Shown here piece by piece: positions 16,330-16,521 of a stretch of 16,521 nucleotides of DNA. Source of the stretch: a bacterium (lineage in GTDB: Bacteria > Bacteroidota > Ignavibacteria > UBA10030); contig JAZDJN010000112.1 of assembly GCA_043803945.1 (NCBI GenBank), positions 1-16,521 of the forward strand, given 5' to 3'. Each line of letters starts with the position of its first letter. Within the stretch, counting starts at the first letter, position 1. A program made the position numbers and the translations under genes. The notes under the pieces were generated by a model, which saw only the letters and a program-made list of their open reading frames with translations, was not told the DNA's origin and made no database searches.

Positions 16330-16521
16330 GTTAATTTTGATTCTTGTAATTATTACAATGCCGAATTGTCTTAATTATTAATGAGTTTGCTATAAAAAGC
16401 ACCAATTGAAGATTTGTTCTGGTCACGATTTTGAGTGACACCTTCATTACCCGATTTGAGAAAATGTCACCATCGGGTAGGGGAAAAAATCAAATAATCA
16501 GATTTATGGTTTCATATTCTC

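Overview
Bacterial window with three parts. (1) 1-4990 is an accessory, partly decayed run of small co-oriented genes: ICMT/PEMT-like methyltransferases, a LysE exporter, a frameshifted Ntn-hydrolase, a HEAT lipoprotein and membrane hypotheticals, interspersed with palindromic repeats. (2) 5264-15474 holds ordinary genes: an ABC-2 exporter operon, a beta-propeller glycosidase, a YtcJ-like amidohydrolase, a cysteine-synthase-like enzyme and a cupin. (3) The AT-rich right end carries an HTH gene and a tRNA. Two candidate systems stand out. First, a small GIY-YIG nuclease gene (9348-9665) lies inside an array of 27-bp hairpin repeats arranged as inverted doublets with 36-37-bp spacers, and a decayed copy of the same repeat-plus-GIY-YIG arrangement occurs at about 1590-1890 with compensatory stem changes. 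Second, a tRNA with a Ser-type body but an Arg (UCU) anticodon (16163-16246) lies between convergent near-consensus sigma70 promoters, downstream of AGA-containing mini-ORFs and an HTH gene with an AGG-AGA-AGA-AGA run. A tiny CCTGCYTGCC...GGCAGG palindrome has also inserted into other repeats. All calls come from reading the sequence by eye; no database searches were run.
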